Origin: an uncultured delta proteobacterium | GTDB lineage: Bacteria; Myxococcota_A; Polyangia; Haliangiales; Haliangiaceae | Assembly (NCBI GenBank): GCA_963848295.1 | Contig: CAWKDB010000010.1 | Span: 4,352,001-4,416,000 of the forward strand | Reading direction: 5' to 3' | Length of the DNA stretch: 64,000 nt | Part shown: piece by piece, positions 17,262 to 27,120 of the stretch | How the letters are laid out: every line of letters begins with the position of its first letter | Numbering within the stretch: the stretch's first letter is position 1 | Notes under the pieces: model-generated | Database searches by the model: none | What the model saw: only the letters and a program-made list of their open reading frames with translations | Told to the model about the DNA's origin: nothing | Program-made: the position numbers and the translations under genes

Positions 17262-18334
17262 TGCCCGGGTTCGCGATCGATGCGTTGTTCGACAGGCTGC
17301 TCGAGCGCAAGGGCTCGGACCTCCACCTCACGCCGGGCTACCCGCCGATGCTGCGCGTGCGCGGCGAGCTCGCGCCCGAAGGTGACAATCCGCTGACGAC
17401 GGGCGATATCGAAGCGATGTTGATGCCGCTGCTCTCGGCCGAGCAGCGCACGCACTTCACGACGACCGGCGACCTCGACTTCGCACACCAGCACGGCGCG
17501 AAGGCGCGGTTCCGTGCGAACTACCTCAAGAAGCTGAGCGGCGTCGGCGCGGTGTTTCGCGCGATCCCGACGATCATCAAGTCGCTCGACGAGCTCGGCG
17601 TGCCGCCCGGTATCCGCAAGCTGTCGGAGCTGCGCGCCGGGCTCGTGCTCGTCACCGGCCCGACCGGCTCCGGCAAGTCGACGACGCTCGCGGCGATGAT
17701 CGATCACATCAATCGCAATCGCTCGGGCCACGTCCTCACGATCGAAGACCCGGTCGAGTTCGTCCACGTGCCGCGCCGGTGCCTGATCACGCACAAGGAG
17801 GTCGGCGAGCACGTGCCGAGCTTCCTCGACGCGATTCGCAGCGCGGGTCGCGAGAATGCCGACGTTATTCTCGTCGGCGAGCTCCGCGGTGCCGAGACCA
17901 TGAAAGCGGCGCTTCAGCTCGCGAGCTTCGGCATCTTGATCTTCGCGACCGTGCACACGAACTCTGCCGCGGCGACGATCGATCGCTACGTCAACGCGTT
18001 TCCCGCGGATCAACAGCCGCAGATCCGCGGCCTGCTCGCCGACTCGCTCGCCGGGGTCGTGGCGCAGCAGTTGTTGCCGCGCGCCGATGGTAACGGGCGC
18101 GTCGCGGCGCACGAGATCCTGTTCGGCAACCTCGCGCTCGCGTCGCTCGTGCGCGAAGGCAAGACCCAACAGATCGCGAGCTTCATCCAGGCCGGCACCG
18201 CGGAAGGCATGCAGGGCATGGACGTGGCGCTCGAGCGCTTCGTGCGCGAGGGTACGATCAAGGCGCAGGACGCGATGGAGAAGGCGCTCGATAAGGACTC
18301 GTTCGCGAAGCTGTTCCCGCCCGGGACCGCGTAG
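17261..18334 (+). CDS. pilT: Type IV pilus retraction ATPase, PilT family
   Basis: GSDLHL, GPTGSGKSTT, TIEDPVEF, ILVGELRG, ATVHTNSA. TAATG coupling to the upstream paralog. Confidence 0.9.
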   Translation: MPGFAIDALFDRLLERKGSDLHLTPGYPPMLRVRGELAPEGDNPLTTGDIEAMLMPLLSAEQRTHFTTTGDLDFAHQHGAKARFRANYLKKLSGVGAVFRAIPTIIKSLDELGVPPGIRKLSELRAGLVLVTGPTGSGKSTTLAAMIDHINRNRSGHVLTIEDPVEFVHVPRRCLITHKEVGEHVPSFLDAIRSAGRENADVILVGELRGAETMKAALQLASFGILIFATVHTNSAAATIDRYVNAFPADQQPQIRGLLADSLAGVVAQQLLPRADGNGRVAAHEILFGNLALASLVREGKTQQIASFIQAGTAEGMQGMDVALERFVREGTIKAQDAMEKALDKDSFAKLFPPGTA

Positions 18335-18671
18335 CGGCGAGGCCGACGAGGCTCGCGATCAGCCCGGCGCCGACGACCGCGAGCGTGACGAGGAAGAACG
18401 GATCGCCGCACTGCACGTAGATCACGACGTAGGCGATGCAGAAGCCCACGCGGACGAGCACGATCGTCGGATACAGCGCGGTGAGCCGCAGCCGGATCAC
18501 CTGGATCACGAACGCGGCGAGGCCGAGCACGAACAGCCCGCACATCCGCGCGATCGGCGCGGGGTAGGCGCCGTTCGATTGCAGCAGGCGCAAGGTCAGC
18601 TCGGGCGCGAACAGGAGCCCGAGCCCGGCGCCCGTGAGGTAGCTCGCGACGTAGTACAGGCTTCGCTGCAT
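18258..18671 (-). CDS. Small 4-TM membrane protein
   Basis: Four hydrophobic segments; divergent from the TetR gene. Confidence 0.65.
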   Translation of the reverse strand: MQRSLYYVASYLTGAGLGLLFAPELTLRLLQSNGAYPAPIARMCGLFVLGLAAFVIQVIRLRLTALYPTIVLVRVGFCIAYVVIYVQCGDPFFLVTLAVVGAGLIASLVGLAATRSRAGTASRTSPYRAPSPSRPAP

Positions 18672-18676
18672 GTCCT

Positions 18677-18695
18677 ATCTTACCACTGGAAAGAT
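18677..18695. promoter_or_regulatory. Putative TetR operator
   Basis: ATCTTACCA-C-TGGAAAGAT imperfect palindrome between divergent genes; an additional half-site GTGGTAAG at 18700-18707. Confidence 0.65.
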
Positions 18696-18716
18696 TGATG
18701 TGGTAAGCTATTCGCG

Positions 18717-19286
18717 ATGGCGCGTCGCGCATATCACCACGGTGACCTGCGTGCGGCGGTGCTGGCTGCGGGAGTGGCGCTCGTCGACGCGGGCGAGCCG
18801 CTCGGGATGCGCGAGCTCGGCCGCCGCCTCGGCGTCAGCCACGTCGCGGTCCGCTACCACTTCTCGAGCATCGAGGCGGTCGACGACGCGCTCGCGGCGA
18901 TCTGGTTTCGCGATCTCGATCGCGCGATGGCCGCGGCGGAGCGCCGCCACCTGGGCGATCCGCGCGCTCGGTTCCAGGCTCTCGGCGCGGCCTACGTGCG
19001 TTATGCGCTCGCCCACCCGGCGCGGTTTCGAGTGCTATTTCGCGGTCGGAGCGCCGGGCTCGCGCGCGAGGCGGAGCCGGCGTTTCGCCGGGTGCTCGAG
19101 GCCGTGGTCGCGTGTCGCCCGCGCGCCGATGCGGGGACGGTCACGATGCTCGCATGGTCGGCGATGCACGGGCTCGCGCTGCTGTGGATCGACGGTGCGC
19201 TCGCAGGCCGGCTCGCGCGTCGCGACCTCGACGCGCTGATTGCCAATATGGCAGCGGTGATCGGTCACCAATTCCGCGCGGCCTGA
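18717..19286 (+). CDS. TetR/AcrR-family regulator (WHG-type C-terminus)
   Basis: YHHGDLR...MRELGRRLGVSHVAVRYHF; AYVRYALAHPARF; WSAMHG. Confidence 0.9.
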   Translation: MARRAYHHGDLRAAVLAAGVALVDAGEPLGMRELGRRLGVSHVAVRYHFSSIEAVDDALAAIWFRDLDRAMAAAERRHLGDPRARFQALGAAYVRYALAHPARFRVLFRGRSAGLAREAEPAFRRVLEAVVACRPRADAGTVTMLAWSAMHGLALLWIDGALAGRLARRDLDALIANMAAVIGHQFRAA

Positions 19287-19333
19287 TCGGAGTTTTGCGA
19301 CACCCGACCGGGCGCGGTACCATTTCGGAGCTC

Positions 19334-19990
19334 GTGCGGCTCGCCCTCGCGTTTGTCGTCGCTCTGGTCGTCGCCGATAGTGCGGCGCGCGCCGACGTCT
19401 ATTCGTGGACCGACGGCGACGGCGTCATGCACTTCACGAACATGAGGCCGCGCGGCAGCAACTACAAGAAGGTGCTCGATAGCGCGCCCGAGGTCGGTTC
19501 GAAGGCGTCGGCCGAGCGCGGCAGCTGCCCGCGTTGCGACAAGGTCGCGGCGACCGACACGTCGCCGGAACGCTTCCACCGCTACGACGACTACATCCGC
19601 GAGGCGTCGGCGCTGTATCGCATTCCGGTGCCGCTGATCCGCGCCGTGATCAAGGTCGAGAGCGATTACGATCCACACGTCGTGTCGTCGATGGACTGCA
19701 AGGGCCTGATGCAGGTCCACCCGCAGGTCGAGATCGACATGGGGGTCACCGGTGACGTGTTCGATCCGCGCACGAACATCATGACCGGGACGCGGTTGTT
19801 GCGGTGGCTCGCGAATCGCGTCGACGGCGACCTCGTGCTGACGATCGCGGGCTACCACGCCGGGCTCGGCTCGCTCGCGAAGTTCGGCTACACCGTGCCG
19901 CCGTACGCGTACACGCGCCAGTACTTGAAGATGGTGCTCGAGCGCTACTATCAGTACAAAGCCGAAGAGCAGCGCGAGCGCACGAAGTAG
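19334..19990 (+). CDS. Lytic transglycosylase (SLT) with N-terminal DUF4124
   Basis: Signal peptide, VYSWTDGDGVMHFTN, AVIKVES, GLMQV, FDPRTNI, AGYHAG. Confidence 0.88.
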   Translation: MRLALAFVVALVVADSAARADVYSWTDGDGVMHFTNMRPRGSNYKKVLDSAPEVGSKASAERGSCPRCDKVAATDTSPERFHRYDDYIREASALYRIPVPLIRAVIKVESDYDPHVVSSMDCKGLMQVHPQVEIDMGVTGDVFDPRTNIMTGTRLLRWLANRVDGDLVLTIAGYHAGLGSLAKFGYTVPPYAYTRQYLKMVLERYYQYKAEEQRERTK

Positions 19991-19992
19991 TC

Positions 19993-20787
19993 GTGCTCCG
20001 GGTCGTGATCAACGAAGTCGGCGAGCCCGCGCTGCCGCCGCTCGACGTCGAAGGCGAGCTCGTGATCGGCAGCGCGCCGACGGCGCAGGTCCGGCTGCCC
20101 GCGGAGGTCGCGCGCGGCGAGCACGTGCGCATCGATGCAACGGGCTGGCGTGCGATCGGAGAGGTGCGCGTCGCGGGTCAGCCCGCCGCGGGCGGCGCGA
20201 TCGGCGAGGGCGTCGTGCTCGAGCTCGGCCGCTACCGCGTCGCGATCGGCCCTGCACCCGAGGGCGCGATCGCGGCTTCGCCCCAGCGCACCGCGAGCCT
20301 AGCGCGCGAGCTCGTGCGCAGCTTGCTCGGCGCCGACGGCGCTCCGCAGCTCACGGTCGAGCGCGGCCCGATCGCCGGCGCGACTCGCGCGCTCGCGCCG
20401 CCGGAGTCGGCGCTCGTGATCGGTCGCGGCGACGAGGCGGGCTGGGTGATCGCGGACGCCGATCTGTCGCGCGCGCACACCGAGATCCGCCGCGGCTGGG
20501 ACGGCGTGCGCATCGCCGATCTCGGCTCGAAGAACGGGACGAAGCTCGACGGCGCGCGCGTCACCGATGCCGAGCTCCACGACGGCTCGCTGATCGAGCT
20601 CGGCAACCTCGCGCTGCGGTTTCGCGATCCGGCCGAACGCCATCTGCGGGGCGGCGCGGTCGCTGCGCAGCCATCGATCGCGCCGGCCGAGCCCGTGCAG
20701 CGTGCGCGCAGCGCCGCATTGTTCTACGTCGCGCTCGTGGTCGCCGCGCTCGCGGTCGTCGGTCTGATCGCGTTGCTCGTTCAGTGA
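19993..20787 (+). CDS. FHA-domain membrane protein
   Basis: VIGRG...LSRAH...DLGSKNGT; C-terminal TM helix. Confidence 0.8.
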   Translation: MLRVVINEVGEPALPPLDVEGELVIGSAPTAQVRLPAEVARGEHVRIDATGWRAIGEVRVAGQPAAGGAIGEGVVLELGRYRVAIGPAPEGAIAASPQRTASLARELVRSLLGADGAPQLTVERGPIAGATRALAPPESALVIGRGDEAGWVIADADLSRAHTEIRRGWDGVRIADLGSKNGTKLDGARVTDAELHDGSLIELGNLALRFRDPAERHLRGGAVAAQPSIAPAEPVQRARSAALFYVALVVAALAVVGLIALLVQ

Positions 20788-21308
20788 TAGGCGTGCCATG
20801 GCGGTTCGTTGAAGCTCGCCTGCCACGCGCTCGCACACACGCCCGACGCGACGAGCTTGAAGTCGTCCTCGGCCGCAAACGGCCAATCGGTAGCGCCGAG
20901 GAAGTCCTCGAGCTCGGCGTGGGTCGGCGGCTTGTCGGAGAAGATCTCGTCCTCGAACCCTGGCGCATCGAACACCATCGAGCGCTGCCACAACGGACCG
21001 TCATCGGGGTGACGATAGAGGTGCGCGATCGTATAGTGCGGGCTCGATGCCCGGATCCACACGAGCGCCGAGTCGATGCGCAGCGGGCGGTCGTCGATCG
21101 TTTGCTGCCATGCGAGCACGCGGATCGCGATCACCTGCGTGGTCGGGGGCCTGTCGCGATCGAGGCTCGCCTGTGCCAGGTCGGCGAGATGCCAGTCCGC
21201 TGGTAGGCCGCAGTCGGTGCTGGCGACCGGCGTGGCCGCGACCCGATCGTGAACCGACGCGGGCGGCTGGGCGCCGCACGCCGCGAGCACGATCAGCAAG
21301 CGCCGCAC
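20781..21308 (-). CDS. Hypothetical lipoprotein
   Basis: MRRLLIVLAAC lipobox. Confidence 0.6.
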   Translation of the reverse strand: MRRLLIVLAACGAQPPASVHDRVAATPVASTDCGLPADWHLADLAQASLDRDRPPTTQVIAIRVLAWQQTIDDRPLRIDSALVWIRASSPHYTIAHLYRHPDDGPLWQRSMVFDAPGFEDEIFSDKPPTHAELEDFLGATDWPFAAEDDFKLVASGVCASAWQASFNEPPWHAYH

Positions 21309-21325
21309 GAGCGAAGCGTAGCAGC

Positions 21326-22369
21326 CTAGAACAGCGACAGCTGGCCGCCCCGCGCGGGGCGCTGGAACCGCGAAGGCATCGTCGCGCCGAGCCGTGCACC
21401 GTCACGCTCGCCGAGCGCGAGGCGCCTGACGGTCGTCTCGAACAACGCCGCGATCGTCTGCGCGTACACGCCTTCACCACTCCCGCGCGTCCCGAACCGC
21501 GAGTCGTAGAGCTTGTCGCCGCCGCGGGTCTCGCGGATGCGGTGCAGGATCTTGTCGGCGGCGAGCGGCAGCGCGACGCGCACGCGGTCCTCGAACACCT
21601 GCTTGACCGCGCCGGGGAGGCGCAGCAGGACCCAGCCCGCGCTCGTCGCCCCGGCCGACGCCGCCGACTCGAGCACGCGCACCATCTGATCGTCGTTGAG
21701 CCCGGGCATGATCGGCGCGCACATCACGCCGACCGACAGGCCCGCCTTCGCGAGCGTCTCGATCACTTTCAAGCGCCGCGCCGGTGCGGGCGCCCATGGC
21801 TCGATCTTGCGCGCGAGCTCGGCATCGGCGAACGCGAGGCTGACGCTGACGTGACAGCCGGCTTCGCGCGCGAGCTCGACGAGCAGCCCGACATCGCGCT
21901 CGATCAGCGCGCTCTTCGAGATGATCGCGACCGGGTTGCGATACTCGAGACAGACCTCGAGGCACTGCTTCGTCAGCTCGAGCTCGCGCTCGATCGCCTG
22001 ATAGCAATCGGTGACGCCGCTGAACATCACGAGCTCGCCCTTCCACGACGGCTTGTCGAACGCCGCGCGCAGCAGCTCCGCGGCCTTCGGCTTGACGACG
22101 ATCTTCGTGTCGAAGTCGGTGCCCGCGCCGAGATCGAGATACTCGTGCGTCGGCCGCGCGTAGCAGTAACTGCACGCATGGAGGCAACCTCGATATGGAT
22201 TCACGCTCCAGTCGAAGCCGAGGTCGGGCGAGTCGTTGTGCGCGAGGATCGAGCGCGAGTGATCCTCGAGGATCTTGATCGACGAGGGCGGCGGGCCGTC
22301 GCCGTCGTCGTAGCTGATGCGGACCTCGCGATACGGGCTCGGCGGATTCTCGGTCGGGCGAGACTTCAC
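21326..22369 (-). CDS. Radical SAM protein, PA0069/Rv2578c (SPL-like) family
   Basis: SVNPYRGCLHACSYCYARPTHEYL, SGVTDCYQ, LLRLP. Confidence 0.9.
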   Translation of the reverse strand: MKSRPTENPPSPYREVRISYDDGDGPPPSSIKILEDHSRSILAHNDSPDLGFDWSVNPYRGCLHACSYCYARPTHEYLDLGAGTDFDTKIVVKPKAAELLRAAFDKPSWKGELVMFSGVTDCYQAIERELELTKQCLEVCLEYRNPVAIISKSALIERDVGLLVELAREAGCHVSVSLAFADAELARKIEPWAPAPARRLKVIETLAKAGLSVGVMCAPIMPGLNDDQMVRVLESAASAGATSAGWVLLRLPGAVKQVFEDRVRVALPLAADKILHRIRETRGGDKLYDSRFGTRGSGEGVYAQTIAALFETTVRRLALGERDGARLGATMPSRFQRPARGGQLSLF

Positions 22370-22394
22370 GCCGGCGACTATACTGATAATTTGT

Positions 22395-23396
22395 TCAGGT
22401 CGCTACTTCGTCGAGTCGCTTCATCAGACCGGGCGACAGCGGCGGCGCGGCGAGCACGGCGAGCGCCTCGGGGATGTGCTCGCGGCGGTGCAGCCGCGGC
22501 AGCGCGATCGCGCCGCGGTCGATCACCCAGCGCAGCGCGAGCTCGGCGACGGTCGTGCACTCGAGGCTCGCCGGCCGGAGCTTTAGCGCGCGCTCGAGCG
22601 CGGCGCTCGCGCCATCACTCGATCGCGCGGCCGGCGGCTCGCGCTTGACGAGCGCGGCGAGCTTCGCGGCGCCGATCGCGAGCGGCTCGAGGTCGAGCTC
22701 GGCGCGATCGTCGCGCGGCGGGAACCGGCGCCCCGGCCCGAGGTCACCGGCGAGCGCTCCGCCGGCGAGCGGCGCTCGCGCGAGCACCGCGAGCTTGCGC
22801 TCGAGCGCCGCGGTGATGATCGCGTCGCCGGCGCGCGAGCACACGTTCCAGATCAGGGCGATCGCCGACAGCCAGGGCTCGGTGACGATCGCCGCGTGCT
22901 CGGGATCGCCGGCGAACGGCACCGCGGCCCAGCGCAGGACCTTGCCTTCGCCGATCAGTCGCTGGCACGTGCCGACGAGCTCGGGCCACGGCGCTTGCGT
23001 GCGCCACGCCGAGCGCAGCCCGAGCGCGACGAGCGGCAGCGCCTCGAGCTTCGTCGCGCGCAATGACGCCTCGACGCACTCTTGCACGTAGCCGGCGGGT
23101 GGCACGGCGAGCGCGCGGCTCGGCAGCCCCGCGAGCTCGCGCACCGGCGGCACGCGACACATCGCGATCGCACGATCGCGCGCGCGCATCGTCCGGATCG
23201 CATCGCCGACGACCCGCTCCGCGTCGCTCTCGGCCGCGATCTCGATCACATCGATGCCGAGCTCGAGCGCCGAGCACAGCGCGGCCTCGACGGCGCCTCG
23301 ATCGACCCCGCGATCGGCCGAGCGTGCGAGGCTCACATCTCCGGAGCCGAGCGCCGGCACGCGAGGTCCGTCGGGTCCGAGCGTGATCGCGCGCAT
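22395..23396 (-). CDS. Aldo/keto reductase-like protein (divergent)
   Basis: TLGPDGPRVPALG, VEASLRATK, EGKVLRW, PLAGGAL, VAELALRWV. Confidence 0.7.
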   Translation of the reverse strand: MRAITLGPDGPRVPALGSGDVSLARSADRGVDRGAVEAALCSALELGIDVIEIAAESDAERVVGDAIRTMRARDRAIAMCRVPPVRELAGLPSRALAVPPAGYVQECVEASLRATKLEALPLVALGLRSAWRTQAPWPELVGTCQRLIGEGKVLRWAAVPFAGDPEHAAIVTEPWLSAIALIWNVCSRAGDAIITAALERKLAVLARAPLAGGALAGDLGPGRRFPPRDDRAELDLEPLAIGAAKLAALVKREPPAARSSDGASAALERALKLRPASLECTTVAELALRWVIDRGAIALPRLHRREHIPEALAVLAAPPLSPGLMKRLDEVAT

Positions 23397-23467
23397 CGTC
23401 GGAACACATGTACCACCGACGTTCGCAAGCCGACCACTCGCGATCACTATTCGTCTATGATGCGGTC

Positions 23468-24868
23468 ATGCGCGCCTACCTTGCTTTATTGCTAGCGGTC
23501 GTCGCCTGCGGCGACGACTCTAACCACGGCCTGCCGGACGCTCCGCCGGGGATCGATAGCCCGCTGCCGATCGATGGCGCGCTGCCGACCGTGTCGGTCA
23601 CGGTGTCGCTGCTGGGAGTGCCGCAGAGCGGCGTCCCGGTGTACTTCCTCAATCAAGACTCGACCGTCGTGTCGAGCACGACGACCGATGCCGGCGGCAC
23701 CGCCTCGGCGATGATGATGGCCGGCGGCTCGGTCACCGTGCTCGCGCCTGCCGAGCTGACGGCGACGGCATCGACCGAGATCTACACGTGGGAAGCGGTG
23801 CGCGGCGGCGACATGCTCCAGCTCCCGCTCGACGCGCCGTCGGTCGCGGCGACCGCGACGATCACGGTCACGATCCCGGTCGACGGGGCGGCGGTCGGCT
23901 ACACGCTGTACAGCGCGTGCGCGGACCCGACGGAGCTAACCACCGATGGCAACAACACGGTGACGCTGGCGAACTGCGGCGCGACGACCGACTTGCTCGC
24001 GGTCGCCTCCGACGGCAGCGGCGCACCGCTGGACGAGATCTTCGTGCCGGCCGCGGCGGTCGCCGACGGCGATACCGTCGCATTCGCCGGCCCGTACACC
24101 GCGATCGGCCAGACGACGTACAGCTACACGAACGTCGGCGCCGATGTCGAGAGCGTCCAGACGATGGAGGAGCTCGCGACGAACGCGGGCGTGTTGTACG
24201 GCGGGCAGGTCACCGACACGCTCACGACCGGCGCCGCGACCGGGATGCAGCCGTTTCCGACCGCCACCGGATCGATCGACATCTTCGAGACCCAGTTCAA
24301 CCCGACCGTGGACGCGATCGGGGAGCTCGCCACGCTCGAGTGGGGCTCGGCGAACGCCGCGTATGCGCTCGACGTCTCGACCCTGGCGCTGCCCGAGTAC
24401 GCGACCGCTCCTGCCGTGACGGCGGCGACCCACAAGGTGGAGTGGACCGAGAACATCGGCGGCCAGACACCGGACTTCACGTGGGTGACGTTCGACGTGA
24501 CCCGCGAGGGCGCGGCAATCCCGAGCTGGACGTGGCGAATCATCGACTCGCATCCACCGAACGATCAGATCACGATTCCGACGCTGCCGACCGACATCTT
24601 CGACTACAACCCGAACGACACCGACACGACGCAGGTCGACCAGCTCACCACCGGCAAGCTGCCGGGTGGCTACGACGTGATCCGGCCGATCGTCTACGAG
24701 CTCGAGCAGGGCCCCGAGGTGCTCATCACGGGTGGCAGCGGCTCGATCTCGTTTCAGGATCTCGCGCCCGGGCCGGTCGTCTCGGGCGTCCGCGCGCTGC
24801 GCACCCCATTCCAGCTGCACCACGGGCCGGCGACGTCGCCCGCGAAGCGCGTTCGCGCGAGGTGGTAG
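23468..24868 (+). CDS. Acidic, Thr-rich surface lipoprotein
   Basis: MRAYLALLLAVVAC lipobox, PDA/IDA linker, beta-rich body. Confidence 0.7.
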   Translation: MRAYLALLLAVVACGDDSNHGLPDAPPGIDSPLPIDGALPTVSVTVSLLGVPQSGVPVYFLNQDSTVVSSTTTDAGGTASAMMMAGGSVTVLAPAELTATASTEIYTWEAVRGGDMLQLPLDAPSVAATATITVTIPVDGAAVGYTLYSACADPTELTTDGNNTVTLANCGATTDLLAVASDGSGAPLDEIFVPAAAVADGDTVAFAGPYTAIGQTTYSYTNVGADVESVQTMEELATNAGVLYGGQVTDTLTTGAATGMQPFPTATGSIDIFETQFNPTVDAIGELATLEWGSANAAYALDVSTLALPEYATAPAVTAATHKVEWTENIGGQTPDFTWVTFDVTREGAAIPSWTWRIIDSHPPNDQITIPTLPTDIFDYNPNDTDTTQVDQLTTGKLPGGYDVIRPIVYELEQGPEVLITGGSGSISFQDLAPGPVVSGVRALRTPFQLHHGPATSPAKRVRARW

Positions 24869-24921
24869 GACGGCCGAGCGGTCGGGTCCACGCCGCCTCG
24901 TGCTGAGGTAGTCTCCGACGA

Positions 24922-27120
24922 ATGGTCAACCAGCCGCGCGCGAATGCGGTCGGCACGTCGCTGCCGCGAGTCGACGGCGTGGCGAAGGTCACGGGCCGCG
25001 CCGCGTACCTCGATGACTACGATCTGACCGGCGTGATGCACGGCATGACCGTGCGCTCGACCGTGCCGTACGGCGTGCTCGAGGCGATCGAGCGCGATCC
25101 GGCGTTCGATTGGTCGGACATCGTCGTCGTCACCGCGGCGGACATCACCGGCAGGAACGTCGTGTTGTTGATCGAGGACGATCAGCCGGCGCTCGTGCCG
25201 ATCGGCGGCAAGGTGATGCACGTCGACGAGGCGATCGCGCTGGTCGCGGCGCCGACGCGCGCGCGGGCGATGGCCGCGGCCGCCGCGGTCCAGCCGAAGA
25301 TCCGCACGTTGCCGCCGGTGCTCACGATGGACGCCTCGCTCGCCGCCGGCACGAAGCTCTACGCCGACACGAACGTCTACAAAGAATTCCTGATCCGCAA
25401 AGGCCACGCGACCGACGCCGAGCTCGAGGCGGCGGTCGCCGGGGCGTTCGAGGTGATCGAAGGCACGTACGACACGCCGGCGCAGGAGCAGATGTACATC
25501 GAGCCACAGGCGATGCAGGCCGAGTGGCGCGACGGTCGCTGTCACATCGTCGGCTCGATGCAGTGCCCGTTCTACGTGCACAAGGCGATGAAGGCGCTGC
25601 TCGCGTGCGGCCCCGACGATGTCATCATCGCGCAGTCGGTGACCGGCGGCGGGTTCGGCGGCAAGGAGGAGTATCCGTCGATGCTCGCGGCCCACGTCGC
25701 GTTGCTCGCGCGGCGGGCGGGCAAGCCGGTGCGGATCGTCTACGACCGCGACGAGGACATCGCCGCGACGACGAAGCGCCATCCCTCGCGCGTTCACCAT
25801 CGCCTCGCGGTCGACGCGAAGGGCGAGCCGATCGCGATCGACGTCGACGTCCTGATGGACGGCGGCGCGTATCTCACGCTGTCGCCCGTCGTGCTGTCGC
25901 GCGGCGTGTTGCATGCCGCCGGGCCCTATCGCTGCCCGGTCACGCGGATTCGCGGGCGGGTCGTCGCGACCAATCATCCGCCGCACGGCGCGTTCCGCGG
26001 TTTCGGTGCGCCGCAGACCACGTTCGCGTACGAGCGCCAGCTCCAGAAGCTCGCGCTCTCGCGGTCCGAAGATCCGCTCGCGTTGCGCAGCCGACTCGCG
26101 CTGCGCGCCGGCGATACGACCGCGACGGGCCAGCTGCTCGGCGCGTCGGTCGGCACCGACGAGGTGATCGGCGCGATCGAGCGCGTCGCCGGACCTCGCC
26201 CGGCGAAGTCGGGCACTCGCGAGACGCCGGCCGGAACGGTCGCCGTGCGCCGCGGACGTGGCGTGGCGTTCTACTTTCACGGCGCCGGGTTCACCGGCTC
26301 GGGCGAACAACGGCTCGCCGGCCGCTGCACCGTCGCGGCGATGCCGGGCGGTCGGTTCGAGGTGCGATCGAGCTCGACCGACATCGGCCAGGGCGCGATC
26401 ACGATCTTCGTGCAGCTCGCGGCGCAGGCGCTCGGCGTCGACCCGAGCCTCGTCACCGTCATCGATCCGCAGACCGACAAGGTCCCCGATAGCGGCCCGA
26501 CGGTCGCGAGCCGCACCGCGATGGTCGTCGGCGGGCTCGTCGAGCGAGCCGCGCGCGAGGTGCGCGAGCGAATCGCGGCGGGCGAGGCGCTGCCGGTCGT
26601 GACGAAGCAGTACGAGCCGCCGCCCGGCATCGCGTGGGACGACGAAACCTACACCGGCGCGGCGTACCCGGTGTTTGGCTGGGCCGCGTGCCTCATCGAT
26701 ATCTCGGTCGATCTCGACAGCCTCGAGGTCCAGGTCGATCGCTGCGTTCACGCGGTCGATGTCGGCAAGGCGATCAACCCGGTGATCGTCAAGGGGCAGA
26801 TCGAAGGCGGCACGCTGCAGGCGCTCGGCTGGGCGCTGCTCGAGAACATCGTGTACAAGGACGGCCGCGTCGCGAACGCCAGCATGACGAACTGCATCGT
26901 GCCGACGTTCGCCGACGCCCCCGAGATCGAGACCGTGATCGTCGAAGTGCCGTATCCGTTCGGACCGTCCGGCGCGAAGGGCGTCGGCGAGATTCCGATG
27001 GATGGTCCGGCCGCCGCGGTCGCGAACGCGGTCGAGGACGCGCTCGGCTGCGCGTTCGATGCGATTCCGATCTCGCCCGAGGTCGTCGCGGCGAGTCGGC
27101 CGAGGTGGAGCAAGCTGTGA
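24922..27120 (+). CDS. Xanthine dehydrogenase-family molybdopterin-binding subunit
   Basis: RVDGVAKVTG, QMYIEP, GGGFGGK, AFRGFG, DIGQG, GQIEGG, GAKGVGE. Confidence 0.93.
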   Translation: MVNQPRANAVGTSLPRVDGVAKVTGRAAYLDDYDLTGVMHGMTVRSTVPYGVLEAIERDPAFDWSDIVVVTAADITGRNVVLLIEDDQPALVPIGGKVMHVDEAIALVAAPTRARAMAAAAAVQPKIRTLPPVLTMDASLAAGTKLYADTNVYKEFLIRKGHATDAELEAAVAGAFEVIEGTYDTPAQEQMYIEPQAMQAEWRDGRCHIVGSMQCPFYVHKAMKALLACGPDDVIIAQSVTGGGFGGKEEYPSMLAAHVALLARRAGKPVRIVYDRDEDIAATTKRHPSRVHHRLAVDAKGEPIAIDVDVLMDGGAYLTLSPVVLSRGVLHAAGPYRCPVTRIRGRVVATNHPPHGAFRGFGAPQTTFAYERQLQKLALSRSEDPLALRSRLALRAGDTTATGQLLGASVGTDEVIGAIERVAGPRPAKSGTRETPAGTVAVRRGRGVAFYFHGAGFTGSGEQRLAGRCTVAAMPGGRFEVRSSSTDIGQGAITIFVQLAAQALGVDPSLVTVIDPQTDKVPDSGPTVASRTAMVVGGLVERAAREVRERIAAGEALPVVTKQYEPPPGIAWDDETYTGAAYPVFGWAACLIDISVDLDSLEVQVDRCVHAVDVGKAINPVIVKGQIEGGTLQALGWALLENIVYKDGRVANASMTNCIVPTFADAPEIETVIVEVPYPFGPSGAKGVGEIPMDGPAAAVANAVEDALGCAFDAIPISPEVVAASRPRWSKL

